DNA of 64,000 nucleotides from Octopus vulgaris (GCA_951406725.2 OX597814.1:24180001-24244000), one strand, 5' to 3'. Positions 1 through 13,630 are shown, counted from the first letter of the stretch. Notes: a model not told the origin generated them from the letters alone. Translations and numbers: made by a program.

Positions 1-1073
1 CAGACTATACCAATCTCAGTTCATTATGAAGGGGTTAAAAAAAAAAGAGGATTGTATTTTATCAGTAACATTCCTGTTTATTAATCTTCTTAAATGTTAT
101 TAGAGAAAAATTTTTAATTGTTTAGCTTTTATCATAAATTTCTCTGCTTCATTAAACAAATTTGCACAGATTAACAAATAAAGAATTGAAAAAAAAAAAA
201 GATTTAGCATTGAATGTGATTTAATACTGAACAGGATTCTGAGCTATTTTCAAATATTGCTATAGATTTTGCTCTTATATTTTAACAATGGCATTATGCA
301 CCATTGTATGGTTTTTAGCTATGGAGAGATTCTACAATCCAAAGCAGCTTGATGTATTTGGCATACATAACATTATAAGCTGGCATGAATTAGACAATTC
401 TGTTTGACTAGATAAGTTGCTTTCTAGCACCTCTCTCTCTCTCTCTCTCTCGTATTTATATGACTAGTTGTCACTATATTAATTTGTTGGCCTTAGATAA
501 TAAAAAGTGAAGTCAGCTTAGACAAAATTCACACTTGAGACTATAATGAGCAAGGTAAATTAATCTTTCATTGAGCCACTCTCCATAGTAAATTGTTTAT
601 ACCATAGTAATCAAAGGTGTAGATGTCACCCCTACTGGGCACAAGTGTAAATGTGCACAAGATTTCCTCTGCCCTCTCATACCTGTTAATTAAGGTAAAG
701 GTGCCAAGAGTATCCTTGCCAAGGGGTGCTGAGAAGCCATGCTACACCACTGAGAGCAATTAAACTTAAATCAAGTAGTTGACATCGCTCCAACATATAT
801 TATGTATATTGCTTAGCTGTATATAGTCACAGGCATGTGGTTATGGCTAAAATTGTTTCTGAAAGATGACTGTTGTATAGAACAGCATTTTATAATAAGT
901 TTTAGTTTTTCATAATCTCTTCCTTTCTACCTTCTGTATAAATCAACCGATTGTAGACAATTTACCACAGTTGCACATTGTCCTAGTGCATGTTCTTGAA
1001 ATGGTTACAAGATCTAAATGTTAGATTTTGGGTGTAATAAAATTCATTGCTATCACAAACCTACTCATACATT

Positions 1074-1093
1074 CATCATCATCATCATCCTCG

Positions 1094-1134
<41 letters not shown>

Positions 1135-1316
1135 GTTTAACATCCGTTTTTCATGCTAGCACAGGTTGGACAGTTCGACCAGGCTCTGGGAAGCCAGGAG
1201 GCTGCACCAGGCTCCAGTCTGATCTGGCAGTGTTTCTACAGCTGGACACCCTTCCTAATGCCAACCACTCCGTGAGTGTAGTGGGAGCTTTTTACATGCC
1301 ACCGGCACAGAAGCCA
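1074..1316 (-). mobile_element. 5'-truncated RTE 3' UTR copy with (CAT)n tail; sibling copies at 2584-2884(+), 3712-3840(+), 4995-5326(-), 14748-15050(-), 25413-25638(+), 47259-47654(+), 55484-55932(-), 62804-62902(-)
   Basis: All share segments of aaagcacccactacactc..gagtggttggcgttaggaagggcatccagc..gcatggaaa.cggacgttaaac(gat)n with 50340-50563. Confidence 0.85.
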
Positions 1317-1796
1317 TACTATAAAATTTAGTTATGCAAGGGTTTCTCTCCCTCACTGTATATGTACTCTTTGTACCACAGAGAAAGAGAGAGAGAGAGA
1401 CATGGAGAAGGGACAGATTGAGGCAAATTGGTTTAGCAAATAACAAAGCAACAATTATATATTATTTATCTCTTATTGGTGTTACAATTGTTTATCATCA
1501 GCCCAGCCTTAAGAAAGCAAACCTATGATGAAATGCTTTTCAGCATGATCATCTAAACTGTTTTCTCTAGACTGTTATCTGATGCATTTTTCATTTTTTT
1601 TTTTATTAAACAGTAGGGTGTGATTTGAGGGAGATTTTATCTGCTTTTTCTAGCAGATCAAGAGATCACATTGTGATTCAGTTGTTAGTTTATGCAAGAT
1701 CTCACCTACCATCCAAACTTATACACACCTGGATAATAAATTATGAAAATTTATTTTAGGAAACACTCTTCTTTTTAAATCAGTTCTTATCATCAT

Positions 1797-1834
<38 letters not shown>

Positions 1835-2081
1835 CAGGCAGCCACATGATCATTGTCATTTCATCATCCACTTTATCATGCATGAATGGGGTCAATGGAA
1901 ATCATTGAGTTAGATTTTCCACGGCTGGATGCATTCCTGTTGACAACCCTTACTTGTTTCCAAACAGATAATATTTCTCATGGTTGGGCATGTTTTCACA
2001 AAAGACTAGAAAAAATAACCAAAAAAAAAAACACTTGCATGACCTAGAAGCATATTTTACAGCAATTACATAGTCTAGATA

Positions 2082-2459
2082 GGAGGCGCAATGGCCCAGT
2101 AGTTAGGGCAGCGGACTTGTGGTCATAGGATCGCGGTTTCGATTCCCAGACCGGGTGTTGTGAGTGTTTATTGAGCGAAAACACCTAAAGCTCCACGAGG
2201 CTCCGGCAGGAGGGGATGGTGGTGATCCCTGCTGTACTCTTTCACCACAACTTTCTCTCATTCTTACTTCCTGTTTCTGTTGTACCTGTATTTCAAAGGG
2301 CCGGCCTTGTCACTCTCTGTGTCATGCTGAATATCCCTGAGAACCATGTTAAGGGTACACGTGTCTGTGGAGTGCTCAGCCACTTACACGTTAATTTCAC
2401 ATTGATTCGGATCAACCGGAACCCTCATCGTCGTAACCGACGGAGTGCTTCCATCCACT
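2082..2459 (+). mobile_element. tRNA-derived SINE, family A, full length
   Basis: Head ggaggcgcaatggcccagtagttagggcagcgg...ggtttcgattccc with Pol III A/B boxes; TSD gtctagata (2073-2081, 2460-2468). Confidence 0.9.
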
Positions 2460-2893
2460 GTCTAGATAAAATGATATAAACATTCAGACATTCATACATT
2501 CTTGCAAACACATTAATATATGTGTGCACGTGTAAGCATACACATATATATATATATTGAAATCAAATTCGATGACTTGTATCCATGCAAGTGGAGCACT
2601 AAGAGTACCATACGAGCATGATCGTTGCCAGAGCAACAAGCTGGCCCCTGTGCAATGGCACATAAAAAGCACCATTTGAGTGTGGCCACTGCCAGTACTG
2701 CCTGTCCGGCCCTCGTGCCGGTGGCATGTAAAAGCACCCACTACACTTTCAGAGTGGTTGGTGTTAGGAAGGACATCCAGATCAGATTGGAGTCTGGTGC
2801 AGCCATCTGGTTCGCCAGCCCTCAGTCAAATCGTCCAACTCCTGCTAGCATGGAAAGCGGACGTTAAACGATGATGATGATGATATATCTATA

Positions 2894-2929
<36 letters not shown>

Positions 2930-3414
2930 TAAATGTAAGTATAAGCAAGTTAGACAGATCAATATATAAAGTATATTAAACACAAGAGATACAAAAACTG
3001 TATATATGTATACATATAAAAAGGTCTGATTTACACAGAATACAAATGATACAGAGAATTAAACAGGTTGAAGAAAAGTATTACAAATCTAACAACTATT
3101 TCTGGGAGCTTGCTGGTTCATAATAATGTTTGTTCAAAGACGAATCTCGTTCCTAAAGTTAGAGGCTCTTCTCATCCTATGAGGGAATAAATCTACAAAC
3201 ATTAAATCCGCTCATTAAACCCACTGAACTTTAAACCTCTTGAGCACTATTAAGTATATTCTATATGGAAAATATCTGGATCTCATCTATAAACTATATA
3301 TATATATATATGATGGTTGTTTACTCCTTATGACTTAGACTTATTTATTTATTTTTTTTTTATTTTATCTAGTTTCAGCTCACGAGCTGTGGCCATGCTG
3401 GGGCACTGCCGAAT

Positions 3415-3700
3415 TAAACTTGAGCAGCATTCACCCGAGGTGGGTTCAGGTGGCTTCATTCATCCTCAATGCTGCATCTCTCACAAACACCGACCAGGCC
3501 AGGCGATCTGAGGCTAACGACCGCGTGATCTCCAATCACTCCTTATTTCAGCAGTGAATGCTGTAGACATGGGGAAGCGAGTATGTCGGCTCCCACTGAC
3601 GCTGTAGTAGGTTTTGTCATTGAAGAAGGTGAGATGCACATGAGGGATGTTTGAAGGATATTGGGAATAGGAAGTTCGCTAGAGATCCCCAGCTGCAAGT
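3415..3700 (-). mobile_element. RTE-clade LINE C-terminal remnant of a different family
   Basis: Minus strand LASDRLAWSVFVRDAALRMNEAT*THLG* ending gggtgaatgctgctcaagt, resembling RTE 3' ends. Confidence 0.5.
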
Positions 3701-3890
3701 ATATCCCTGTTGAGATGTAAAAGGCACCATCCGAATGTGGCCAATGCCAGTGCCACCTTGACTGGCATCCATGCCGGTGACACGTAAAAAGCACCAACCA
3801 ATCGTGGAAGTTGCTAGCCTCCTCAGGCCCCAGTGCCGGTGTAGTGTGTGTGTGTGTGTGTGTGTGCATGTGTATGTGTGTGTTTGAGTA

Positions 3891-4097
3891 CAAGGGGGTA
3901 CCGAAAAGTTCCTGGCTTTGGGTACAAGAAAATTCTGGAGGATCAGTTAATTATGATATTATTCAACTCTTAGATTCAAGCACTTACTGTAGCAGTCCTT
4001 CAATTTCTCTAAATCCTGTAAAAGAACTTGGAAGTTTAGAACTTCAACCAGGCCTTTTGTGGTACCCTTAAAGCAAGAACTTTTGAGCACCCCCTTG
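3891..4097. mobile_element. Tc1/mariner-type MITE
   Basis: TA-flanked TIRs caagggggtaccgaaaagttcctggcttt / aaagcaagaacttttgagcacccccttg; 207 bp. Confidence 0.8.
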
Positions 4098-5360
4098 TAT
4101 GCATGCATGTATGTATGTATGTATGTATGTATGTACGTATGCATGTATGTATAAAACTGGTTCCTTTCCCTTTCCATCCTCTCATAATACTTTGATTAGC
4201 CTGAGGTTAAAGAAGACAATTCTCTAAGGTGGGACTGAACCCGAAACCTTGGGGTTGGAAAGTGAACTTGTTAACTACAGAGTCATGCCTGTGCCTCACA
4301 GCCATGCCTGTGTCTCTAGTGAACAAATTTTAAATTGATTCACCAATTAAATATATTTAACTAAAGACAAGCAGATGTATTTATAATTGTCAGCAATCTA
4401 CTCAGTTAATTTCATGGCTGGCTAAAAACAATCAACTATTAACTAATTTTCCTAACACTTCTGATAAATTTCACACCCCAAAATATATGCTATTATATGT
4501 GTTACATCTATTACTTTGCACTATTATCCTTCAACCCTGTTGCATTAATTAATCTCAAATTTAGTTTCCTACTTCTTCATTTTATCTACAAGTAGTGTTA
4601 ATATTATCTAACAGAAGCTGAAATTTTGTTAAGATAAATGAGTGGAAAACTATACAATCAATGATTGAAAAATCATTCTGTTACATAATCAATTGATGAA
4701 TATAGATTAAGGTATAATTAAAACTTATATCTAGATCTGCAAACAATAACAATCTATCTTTTATCTTTTACTTGTTTCAGTTATTAGATTGCTGCAATGC
4801 TGGGGTACTGTCATGAAGAGATTTTAGCTAAACAAATCAACCCCAGTGCTTATTTTAAGCTTGGTTCTTATACTATCTGTCTCTTTTGCCAAGCAGCAAA
4901 GTTACATGGACATAAAGAAACTAACAACAGTTATCAAGCAGTGGTGGTGGACAAAGAGAAACACACACACTCATACATATATATATATATATATCATCAT
5001 CATCATCATCATCATCATCATCGTTTAACGTCCGTTCTCCATGCTAGCATGGGTTGGACGGTTCGACCGGGGATCTGGGAAGCCAGAAGGCTGCACCAGG
5101 CTCCAGTCTTATCTGGCAATGTTTCTACAGGTGGATGCCTTTCCTAACGCCAACCACTCCGTGAGTGTAGTGGGTGCTTTTTACATGCCAACCGCACAGT
5201 TGCCAGGCGAGGCTGGCAACGGCCACGGTTGGATTGGTACATTTTACGTGTCACCTGCACGGAAGCCAGTCGAGGCCGCGCTGGCATCGGCCACGATTCG
5301 GATAGTGCTTTTTACGTACCACCAGTCCATATATATATGTATATATATATATATATATAT

Positions 5361-5481
5361 ATAGTTAATTCAAACTTGCACAGAGAGAAAACACAACAAC
5401 GTAAGGACATGGAACAAGCATAGTGTTATTGGACGCTCAGGAAAGGAAATAAAGAAGGATGATTTATCGTTTTGAGTGGAG
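5361..5481 (-). mobile_element. Probable PLE terminal fragment abutting (TA)n
   Basis: Minus strand begins ctccactc-AAAACGATA (HHR 3'-half-like), followed by a pyrimidine-rich tail ending in (TA)n. Confidence 0.35.
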
Positions 5482-5489
5482 TGTGTGAG

Positions 5490-6360
5490 AAGTTTACTTG
5501 TTAAGTGTGGGTGGGACATGTGGCGCTTCTAGAACTCACTTTCACTGATGTGGGTGGATCTTCTCAAGAACTTCATATCACTAGACATTTTGGTCCATGT
5601 TCATTTCCTCTGTGAGATCCAACTTCCTGAGATGTCCTTACCACTTCATCCTATGTCTTCCTGGGTCTCTCTTTTCACATACATCACACATCAAAACCAA
5701 CACAGTCATCTCTCTTGCATTCTACATTTTATTCCTCTTTTGCCCAACTTTTCTCCAAATACATTTGCACTTTGTCATACATATGCACTGATGTTGCACA
5801 TCCAGCAGAACATACTATCTTCGTTTCTCTCCAGTCTACACGTCTTCAGCATTCAGAGCCCATGGAGTACAGCCGTTTGTACATAAGTGTCTTATAGTCT
5901 ACCTTTATTCTAAGAGAGAGTCTTTTGTTGCCAACAGAGGTAATAGCTCTCTGAACTTCCTCCACCCAATTCCTATTCTAGAAACAATACTTTCAGAGCA
6001 TCCTCCACCATTGCTAATTTGGTCACCTAGGTAACAGAAACTATCTACAACCTCAAGAGAGCCTCCTGGGCACTTGAGGGAATCTAATTTCCGTGGGCTC
6101 TCAGTACTTATTGTTCCTGCACATCTATCACTTGCAAAGATTACACTATCTGTTTATTTACCAGTGATACCACTGCACCTTTTATGTGTCCAAAGTTTAC
6201 ACTAAATGCAATGAATGGAATTTCTTCCAACTCCTTTCCTACATATGGAGCAGGGTCATTTAGCTGACAAAGAAAGTCTTATCTTCTTTCTTACCAACAA
6301 CCACTTTTGTCTTTAAGGTCCTTTGATTCCAGGTTTTGTTTTCATATTTGGAATTTCTAC
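5490..6360 (-). mobile_element. RTE-clade LINE ORF fragment, degraded
   Basis: Minus strand VQTAVLHGSE..LERNEDSMFCWMCNIS and SLEVVDSFCYLGDQISNGGGCSESIVSRIGIGWRKFRELLPLL; related to 49743-50160. Confidence 0.8.
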
Positions 6361-6460
6361 AAGTTAAATTTCTGATCCATATCAATTTAATCTTGAGTTA
6401 CATTTTACTTATGTATACAGTGGAATCTCAGTTTATGAATGCCCCTCATCATGAACAAAT

Positions 6461-6727
6461 TAGATCGACCCCAGTACACAACTGGTACTTAATTTATCAA
6501 CCCTGAAAGGATGAAAGGCAAAGTCAACCTTGGCGGAATTTGAACTCAGAACGTAAAGACAGATGAAATACAGCTAAGCATTTCACCCGGCGTGCTCATG
6601 CTTCTGCCAGCTTGCTGCCTTTAAAGCAAAGTTGACCTCAGCGGAATTTGAACTCAGAATATAAAAGCAGACGAAATACCGGTAAGCATTTTGCCCAGCG
6701 TGCTAATGATTCTGCCAGCTCGCCACC
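6461..6727 (-). mobile_element. SINE family B, tandem double head
   Basis: Two consecutive copies of ggaatttgaactcagaa...ttctgccagct(t/c)gc. Confidence 0.85.
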
Positions 6728-7703
6728 CTGTGTTAATCTATTATATCTTCAGTGGTATCATTATCTCAGGGAAGATTAGATCCAATCCGGATAAAGTTTA
6801 TTAATATTTCTGCATTGCTTGCTAAATTAAATTGATTCTTTCCAAATAGTGAACTTCCTTTCTTCTTTTAATTTTATTTAATCTTCCTTACCATCCACAT
6901 AAACAGTGATAGTTTTCATTAAACAAAAGATAATGTGACAGATGTGTAATCTGTTTTGTTAATGAATTTGATTGATATGCTTATCCACAACATTTTATCA
7001 AAAGGTGAATATGAAATCTTATCATAACCAAAACATTATCAAATTAAAATTGATATAAATTGATATAAATAACAGTTCCATTGCTATTCTAATTATATTT
7101 TTTCAGAATTATAGAATATTCAGTTATATATTTTCTTCATTTTTTTTGTTATTTTTATATATATAAATTTTCACATATATATATATATTATCAAATAAAA
7201 ATATAGTTGTAACCATGGAGAAAAATCTGGTGGAGAGATTGATAGAAACATGTGAAAATGGATGGAAATATATAAAAAGAAAATGTACTCCATTGTGTAG
7301 AAGAGTTGTAGATAAATATTGAACTCTTAAATTATTAGCTTATTGAATCAAATTCTATTTCAAATACTACTCTATGAATTAATTTGAACTGAGAAAGATA
7401 ACTTACATTATCATTCAGGAAAATAAAGAAAAAGAAATGACAATTTTTTTCTCTTCACAGTTGATTTTAATGTGGGAACTACTTGTCGTTTTAACGTCCA
7501 CTTTTCCATCCATTCATGAGCCTGATGGAATTTATTGGGAGTAGATATTCTATTGTTGAATGTCCTTGTCATCACCAAAACTCTCCTGTTTTCAAGACAG
7601 GTAATATTTCTCCATGACCAGACATTACCATAAAATATTAGAAATGAATGACACTGCTTAGGTGATATTCGTTTACAACTATCACATGATGTCAAGACAA
7701 GGA

Positions 7704-7737
<34 letters not shown>

Positions 7738-8859
7738 GGAATTCTTTCAAAGATACTTGCCCAAAGTGGCATGCACTGGGAATGAAACCAAAATCATGTA
7801 GTTGAGAAGCAAAAGTTCTTAACCACATAGCCATGTCTGTGCCTATGCAGCTATAATATGATTCACTTTCTAACATATGATGGCATCCTTAAAAATTATG
7901 TATATAACCAAAATGAAAACTTAAACAAATGTTTCTAAAACAATTAAATTTCAAAAATATTTGATTTACTTTGTTAATTAGTCTTAAGAATAAGCAGCAG
8001 AAAATCTATGTAATATAGTTACAAAAACTTTAGTCAAATGACACCATTGTATGTAACTCAAACTAATTGTAGTCTTGATCGTTAAGAAATCTTGAATACA
8101 TTCTCAGTCATTCAAAGAGACCAAATGTATTATACTATACATTTAATACAAAATATAACATCAATGCTTCATCCTCACAACACAGTAATAATACACGGCT
8201 AAAATCATTACACAACTCCGAAAACAATTACAAACACTAATTGTCTTTTATAATGATACGAGCAAAACGCCCCCCCCACATCCAATGGACGGTGCTGAGT
8301 TGTCAAACATTTAGACCAAATTTTCTCAAAATAACTTGTCCGACCGTCCCATAGGCCTCCCCTTTCAGAAACACTGATTTAACCTAAATTTGAGACACCA
8401 GCAAAAGAAGAAATAAGGATAGACTTTTTTCTATTCCAAGAAAAACGATTTTACAAATGCACGTTCCCACGGCTTTATCGATCGCATTCTCACCTGGAAT
8501 AGATTTTTGTAATTTTGTCAAGACTTACACATGCTCTGATACCGTCGGTATTTACATATCAAATTTGAGCACAATCGGATGGAGGATGCCTGAGACCCTA
8601 GAACACACACACAGACAGAACGGATTTTATGTAATACTAGCATTAAAGACTCGTCGTTGCCAGGTCATAGTGCTAGTGCATGTATATATGTGTATATATA
8701 TATGTGTACATATTACATGTACATCTATATATATACATCTACACATAAAATACAAAATACAAAGTTATATCTTGATATCGCTAGTGATAACAATACTCAA
8801 AATATATAACAGATTGGAATTGTTAGCCCGTCTCTTGTAATTTCGATCAATTGTATCTT

Positions 8860-9160
8860 GTCCTCCCTCTTGTATAGAAGTGTGGCTACAATCCAGCCTA
8901 CCTCAACTTCTGGGGAGAGGGGGCATTTTAAGTTTTTTTCCAGGACGTCCTACATCCCAGATATAAAGGTAAAAATAAAATATTTCCACTTTGCAAGTTC
9001 GAGTCGAGTACTCCCTTGCACGCTCCATTGACTCGAACCTTGCTTCTATTGTGGCGAATTTACCGCCTCTGATTAGATACTTTTCATAGTCGCACCAAGA
9101 CACTTTTCGAAGGTACTTTCCTCCATGTGTTCAAATCTTCTTTTTTCTCTACATTGTATA
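8860..9160 (-). mobile_element. Probable LINE ORF1 fragment (L1/Tx1-like)
   Basis: YLIRGGKFATIEARFESMERAREYST..ILFLPLYMGCR..EVEVGWIVATLL across frameshifts; the clade assignment is tentative. Confidence 0.4.
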
Positions 9161-9246
9161 CTTTATAGACAATAGTCTTTTCTTTACTTTAATTTTTTAT
9201 TATCCATCTGGACTATTCCATTTCTGCACGCTAATTTTATTTTTAA

Positions 9247-9765
9247 CTAGCAGTATCGCCCGGCGTTGCTCGGGTTTGTAAGGGAAATAACTATATAAGC
9301 ATTTTTAGAGAGTTACTTCCTTTATAGATGCCAATTCAGGCTTTCTTAGCCATTTCTGTTTTGGTGTCTTCAAGCCATGAAGTCGTTGTTCTAAAAGAAC
9401 GCTGGTCTCCTTGACAACGCATTACGACGTTGATTTCCTTAAACTCCCTTCCCCACTGCTTCACGAGGGAGGGAAGAAGGGGGAGAAGCAAACACAGGTG
9501 CAGGTGTTTGAGCGTGGACGCCAACTCCGCCGCCATCGACACACGAAAAATTATGCATTAAAATGGAATAAAAAATGATGTTAAATTATTTTTAAAATCG
9601 TAGACTCATCGTAGACGCGCGCTAATAGCCAGACGCGCTTGATATTAATCACGACTATAAGATACCCGAATTTGGTTAAACTGCACCGCAAAATGTGGGA
9701 GGAGTTAGGAATTTAAATCGTAGGAGACAGACACTCACACAACTACAGTTTTATATATAGAGAGA
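9247..9765 (-). mobile_element. Non-autonomous Helitron-type element
   Basis: Minus strand starts A|TCTCTCTATATATAAAAC and ends with hairpin CCCGAGCAACGCCGGG, then CGATACTG-CTAG|T; no TSD. Confidence 0.8.
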
Positions 9766-9959
9766 TTTATTCCCATTCATGTGAAACCACTTATTCAAGT
9801 TCAAATCATTGATGCAATTTTATACCAATTGCTATTTTTACTTTTGTCATGTTACTTTAGTTTGATTTTAATTATTACTTACTACATATAATTCAATTGT
9901 TATTATTATTATTATTGTTAAAGTGAAAGTATCTGACATAAAATAGAGAAACGTTTTTG

Positions 9960-10181
9960 TTTCACTTTTAACATTTTTTTTGCCGATGACACTCCTCGGA
10001 CCCTAAGTAAGGCATGTGTAAAATTTGAATGAAATTGGTTGTGTAGTTCTCAAGTTTTAGGGAAACACACAGACAGACAGACACACATTCTCAGTTTTAT
10101 ATATAGAGAGATATATATATAGAAACACACAGACAGACACACACACACACACACACATTCTCAGTTTTATATATATAAAGA
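9960..10181 (-). mobile_element. Helitron-type 5' end, tandemly duplicated (related fragments at about 8420-8680 and 47895-48340)
   Basis: aaatttgaatgaaattggttgtgtagttctcaagtttta..acagacagac..cattctcagttttatatatagagagat; the last about 60 nt occur twice. Confidence 0.55.
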
Positions 10182-10594
10182 TATTATATGATATATATCA
10201 CTAAACCATAGCACCATTATGGATCTGGATATTTTTCAACCACAGAAAAAGTTTCTTCTTTAGAAAATTATTGACTTTTTAATCAATCACTGACAAGACG
10301 GAGTAGTTGTTAAAACATGTTAAAACATGACTGTTCTATGTCTTGTATTAGGTCTTATTTCAGTGTATTGTTCAAGATTTGTATCAGTGCACCTACCACG
10401 TAGGTATATTATACTGATGTATGTGTGTGTACATGTGTATATATATGAGTCTATGTTAGTATATATGTGACTGTCTGTATGTATATATACATATGTATAC
10501 ATGTACATATGTATTTATGCATGTGTCTGTACATATATATATATGTATATATGTATATGACTCTGTGTGTGTGTGTGTGTGTAGTAATAATAAT

Positions 10595-10740
10595 GATAAT
10601 AATCCATAGATGGAATTTATAAATATTTTAATGCATCACTACACGTGTTTCCACAAATCATATGTTTCTTAAGATCATAGTGGAAATGCATGTAATGATG
10701 CCTTAAAATATCAATAAATTACATCCATAGATTATTATTA
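10595..10740. repeat. Diverged palindrome, about 58-bp arms, flanked by (TAA)n/(TTA)n
   Basis: taatccatagatggaatttat...acacgtgtttccac versus gtggaaatgcatgtaatgatg...atccatagattatta. Confidence 0.8.
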
Positions 10741-10931
10741 TTATCATTATTATTTTTATTATTATTATTTTTATTATATTTATCCTTTATTATCGACACA
10801 GCTCAGTGTGACCCTAAAAACTGCTATTGCCAGTTGGTATCATTTGGCTATAGCCTGCATAAGAAAATAGGAGCTTTTATATGGACATTCAAAAGCATTT
10901 CCCATAAATGAACATAAGTGATATATATATG

Positions 10932-10978
<47 letters not shown>

Positions 10979-10997
10979 ATATATGTATGTATGTATG

Positions 10998-11027
<30 letters not shown>

Positions 11028-11028
<1 letters not shown>

Positions 11029-12225
11029 CAGGTCATTAAGAAAGAAATATCCGATTTTGAACAGAAAGTTTATTTTACTTATCTCAACAAAAAGTAATGC
11101 AGTTAATCAAAGTATACACCTAAATTATCAACACAATTTTGCCATTTTATCGGTAGCTTATTTGTGCCAGCAGCAAAGAATTCTGGAGAGCAAGAGGTGA
11201 TGAAATCACGAAAAGCTGTTTTTGCATCTTCTTCAGATTTGATATTTTTTCCTTGAAGAATGTTGTCTAATGTCTAGTCAGCTGGTGCAAGGTCTGGTGA
11301 ATATAATGGATGACAGAGTATTTCCAAGTTCAGTTCCTGTAACTTGAGTAGCATTCTTTGTGCAATATGTGGTCAAGCATTGTCTTGCAAGAGAATTGGC
11401 CTGTGTCTATTGACCAATTTTGGTTGCTTAATTGCAAGTCCACTCATAATTTCATCCAATCTGCTGTTATTGATTTACCAGGTCTCATGAAGCTGTAGTG
11501 AATTACACCAGCATTGGACCACCAAACACACACCATAAGCTTGTTTTGGTGAATATTCTTTTTTTGGATTGTATTTTGGCACTTTGTCTCTATCCAACCA
11601 CCATGCAGAATGCCTGCTATTGTTGAAAAGAATCCCTTTTTCATCACACGTGACAATACAATGCAAAAAGGGTTCACTTTTATGCCATGACAGCAAAGAA
11701 CATCAAGTTTCAAGACGACATGTCATTTGATGCTCATTCAGTTCATATGGTACCAATTTGTCCAGCTTCTTTACTTTGCTGATTTGTTTCAGATGATTCA
11801 ATACAGTTAGAATCAAAACATCAAACCTTGCTGCTAACTCAAGTGTAGTTTGAGATGTATCTGCTTCCACTACAGTTTCCAGCTCATCATTATCAACCTT
11901 GGTCTCAGGTCTCTCACGGGGCTGATTTTCAAGAGTAAAGCCACCAGACTGGAACATCTCAAACCATCAACATACAGTGCGCTCATCTTCACCACACCCT
12001 GTTGGTGTTTCAAGCTGTCTGAGATGCCTTGATCTATCCATGGGTTCACAAAAATTAATTTAGAAGAGAAAACACACAGCCTAATCAGATACCATGAATT
12101 GCATTTCGAATAGTGATGATGTAACTTTTCAGTGTTTTTAAACAAAGAATTATCAAGGTAAAACATTAGAGTTAACGTCTGTCAAACTTGGTGGGTAAGA
12201 AAATCGGATTTTCATTCTTAATAAC

Positions 12226-12229
<4 letters not shown>
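11028..12229 (-). mobile_element. mariner (DD34D, Hsmar1/cecropia-like) transposon, defective, near full length
   Basis: Imperfect TIRs tcaggtcattaagaaagaaatatccgattt / aaatcggattttcattcttaataacctga in (TA)n flanks. Transposase pieces LENQPRERPETKVDNDEL, KKLDKLVPYEL, IVTCDEK, KLMVCVWWS; frameshifts and stops. Confidence 0.93.
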
Positions 12230-12265
<36 letters not shown>

Positions 12266-13412
12266 ATCTGACCCCAATGAACCAACCTACATCCCTAAAT
12301 GCTCTATGCTTGTCCGCCTTTCTCTTTCTCTCTCACCTATCTTCTCCTTGCCAACTGTATCATTGCTATCCTGCTGCTCCCTGATACACCTATGTTCTCC
12401 ACTCTCACCATTCCCCTTCTCTTCCCATTTCCCATTTTACACTTTTGTAAATGTCTTTCTCACTCACCATTCCACTTACAATAACTTCCTTGTTCCTTGA
12501 AAGTACCTAGGAATCTCTGTAAAGTGGTTAGTGATAGGAAGGGCATTCAGTCATAGAAACCATGCACCAAAGCAGACAGTAGAGCTTGGTGCAACTTGAT
12601 TCTGAGCAATGTCATCACCCTATTGTTCTCTTAAACACGAGCAGCAGAGAAGTGACATTACAGTTTTGCCAGGTACCTACACTCTTTTGAACAAACTTGA
12701 CAGCAATGGGCACCTCTTGCAGTAGGTGCTCAGAGAGTTTATTACCAACACTGATACATGTATTTATTCCACCGGGGAATTTTTTATGAAATGTTTCACT
12801 TTTTTCAGTTATTACCATCATATGCAACACACAACTGAGAGTTTTAAAATGCAACAATGTCTGTGCCTAAAATTTATGAAGCAAGGAAATACTCTTCACA
12901 AGGCCAATGCCTCTCTCTAAACAACATACGCATTTGCCCAAAAGAAGTCATCTATATCATTGGATACAAACAATGTCACAGGTGTTCCTGTTTTCAGAGA
13001 GTCTAAGCAATGTCTAAACAAAGACTAAGAGTCTTTCAATTCCGAGTGTTGGAAGACCATTTCCTCTACTGTGTTTATCTGGCACTTGACAGGTTTGTTT
13101 TCCATCTTACAGAGTCTCCAACAAAAACCAAGCAGGTTTTGTAAGGTTATCGGTTTAGTTGCAAGTGTAAACAAGGGACAGGTTGTACTGAGTTACATGT
13201 TACCTATAACACTAAAATTGAATTCACTCACACAGAAACACACACATATGTTTATAGATTGAGGGGGTAATTATAATTTTTTATATTGCCTCATTAGCAC
13301 ATCAGGCAGTATGTGCTAGTTTCCAATTAAAAGACCAGAAAGAGTATGTATTTCAGGCCCCATAATAATCAAGAAGTTGAAGGATTTTCAGAAGAAAATG
13401 AAGAGCCATGAA

Positions 13413-13578
13413 TAGGCGTAGGAGTGGCTGTGTGGTAAGTAGCTTGCTTACCAACCACATGGTTCCGGGTTCAGTTCCACTGTGTGGCACCTTAAGCAAG
13501 TGTCTTCTACTATAGCCTTAGGCTGACCAAAGCCTTGTGAGTGGATTTGGTAGACAGAAACTGAAAGAAGCCTGTCGT

Positions 13579-13630
<52 letters not shown>

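Noticed and set aside
1047-1331. Poly-His ORF (and similar ORFs at 4797, 47361)
   Set aside because: Antisense reading of the (GAT)n tail of the RTE 3' UTR repeat; recurs wherever the repeat occurs.
2082-2155. tRNA gene candidates at SINE heads
   Set aside because: A/B boxes are present but continue into SINE bodies with TSDs; no convincing acceptor stem or terminator.
2216-2479. Recurrent MVVIPAVLFHHNFLS ORF (also 21228, 59448)
   Set aside because: Lies inside SINE family A copies; the ORF ends differ between copies, so it is not a gene family.
3085-3185. Possible minus-strand hammerhead (ggatgagaagagc...gaaatagttgtt)
   Set aside because: Both boxes are mutated and there is no adjacent helix I; too degenerate to support.
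12610-13270. Possible old Tc1/mariner remnant (MQQCLCLKFMKQG)
   Set aside because: Only a weak N-terminal resemblance; no TIRs or catalytic motifs identified.
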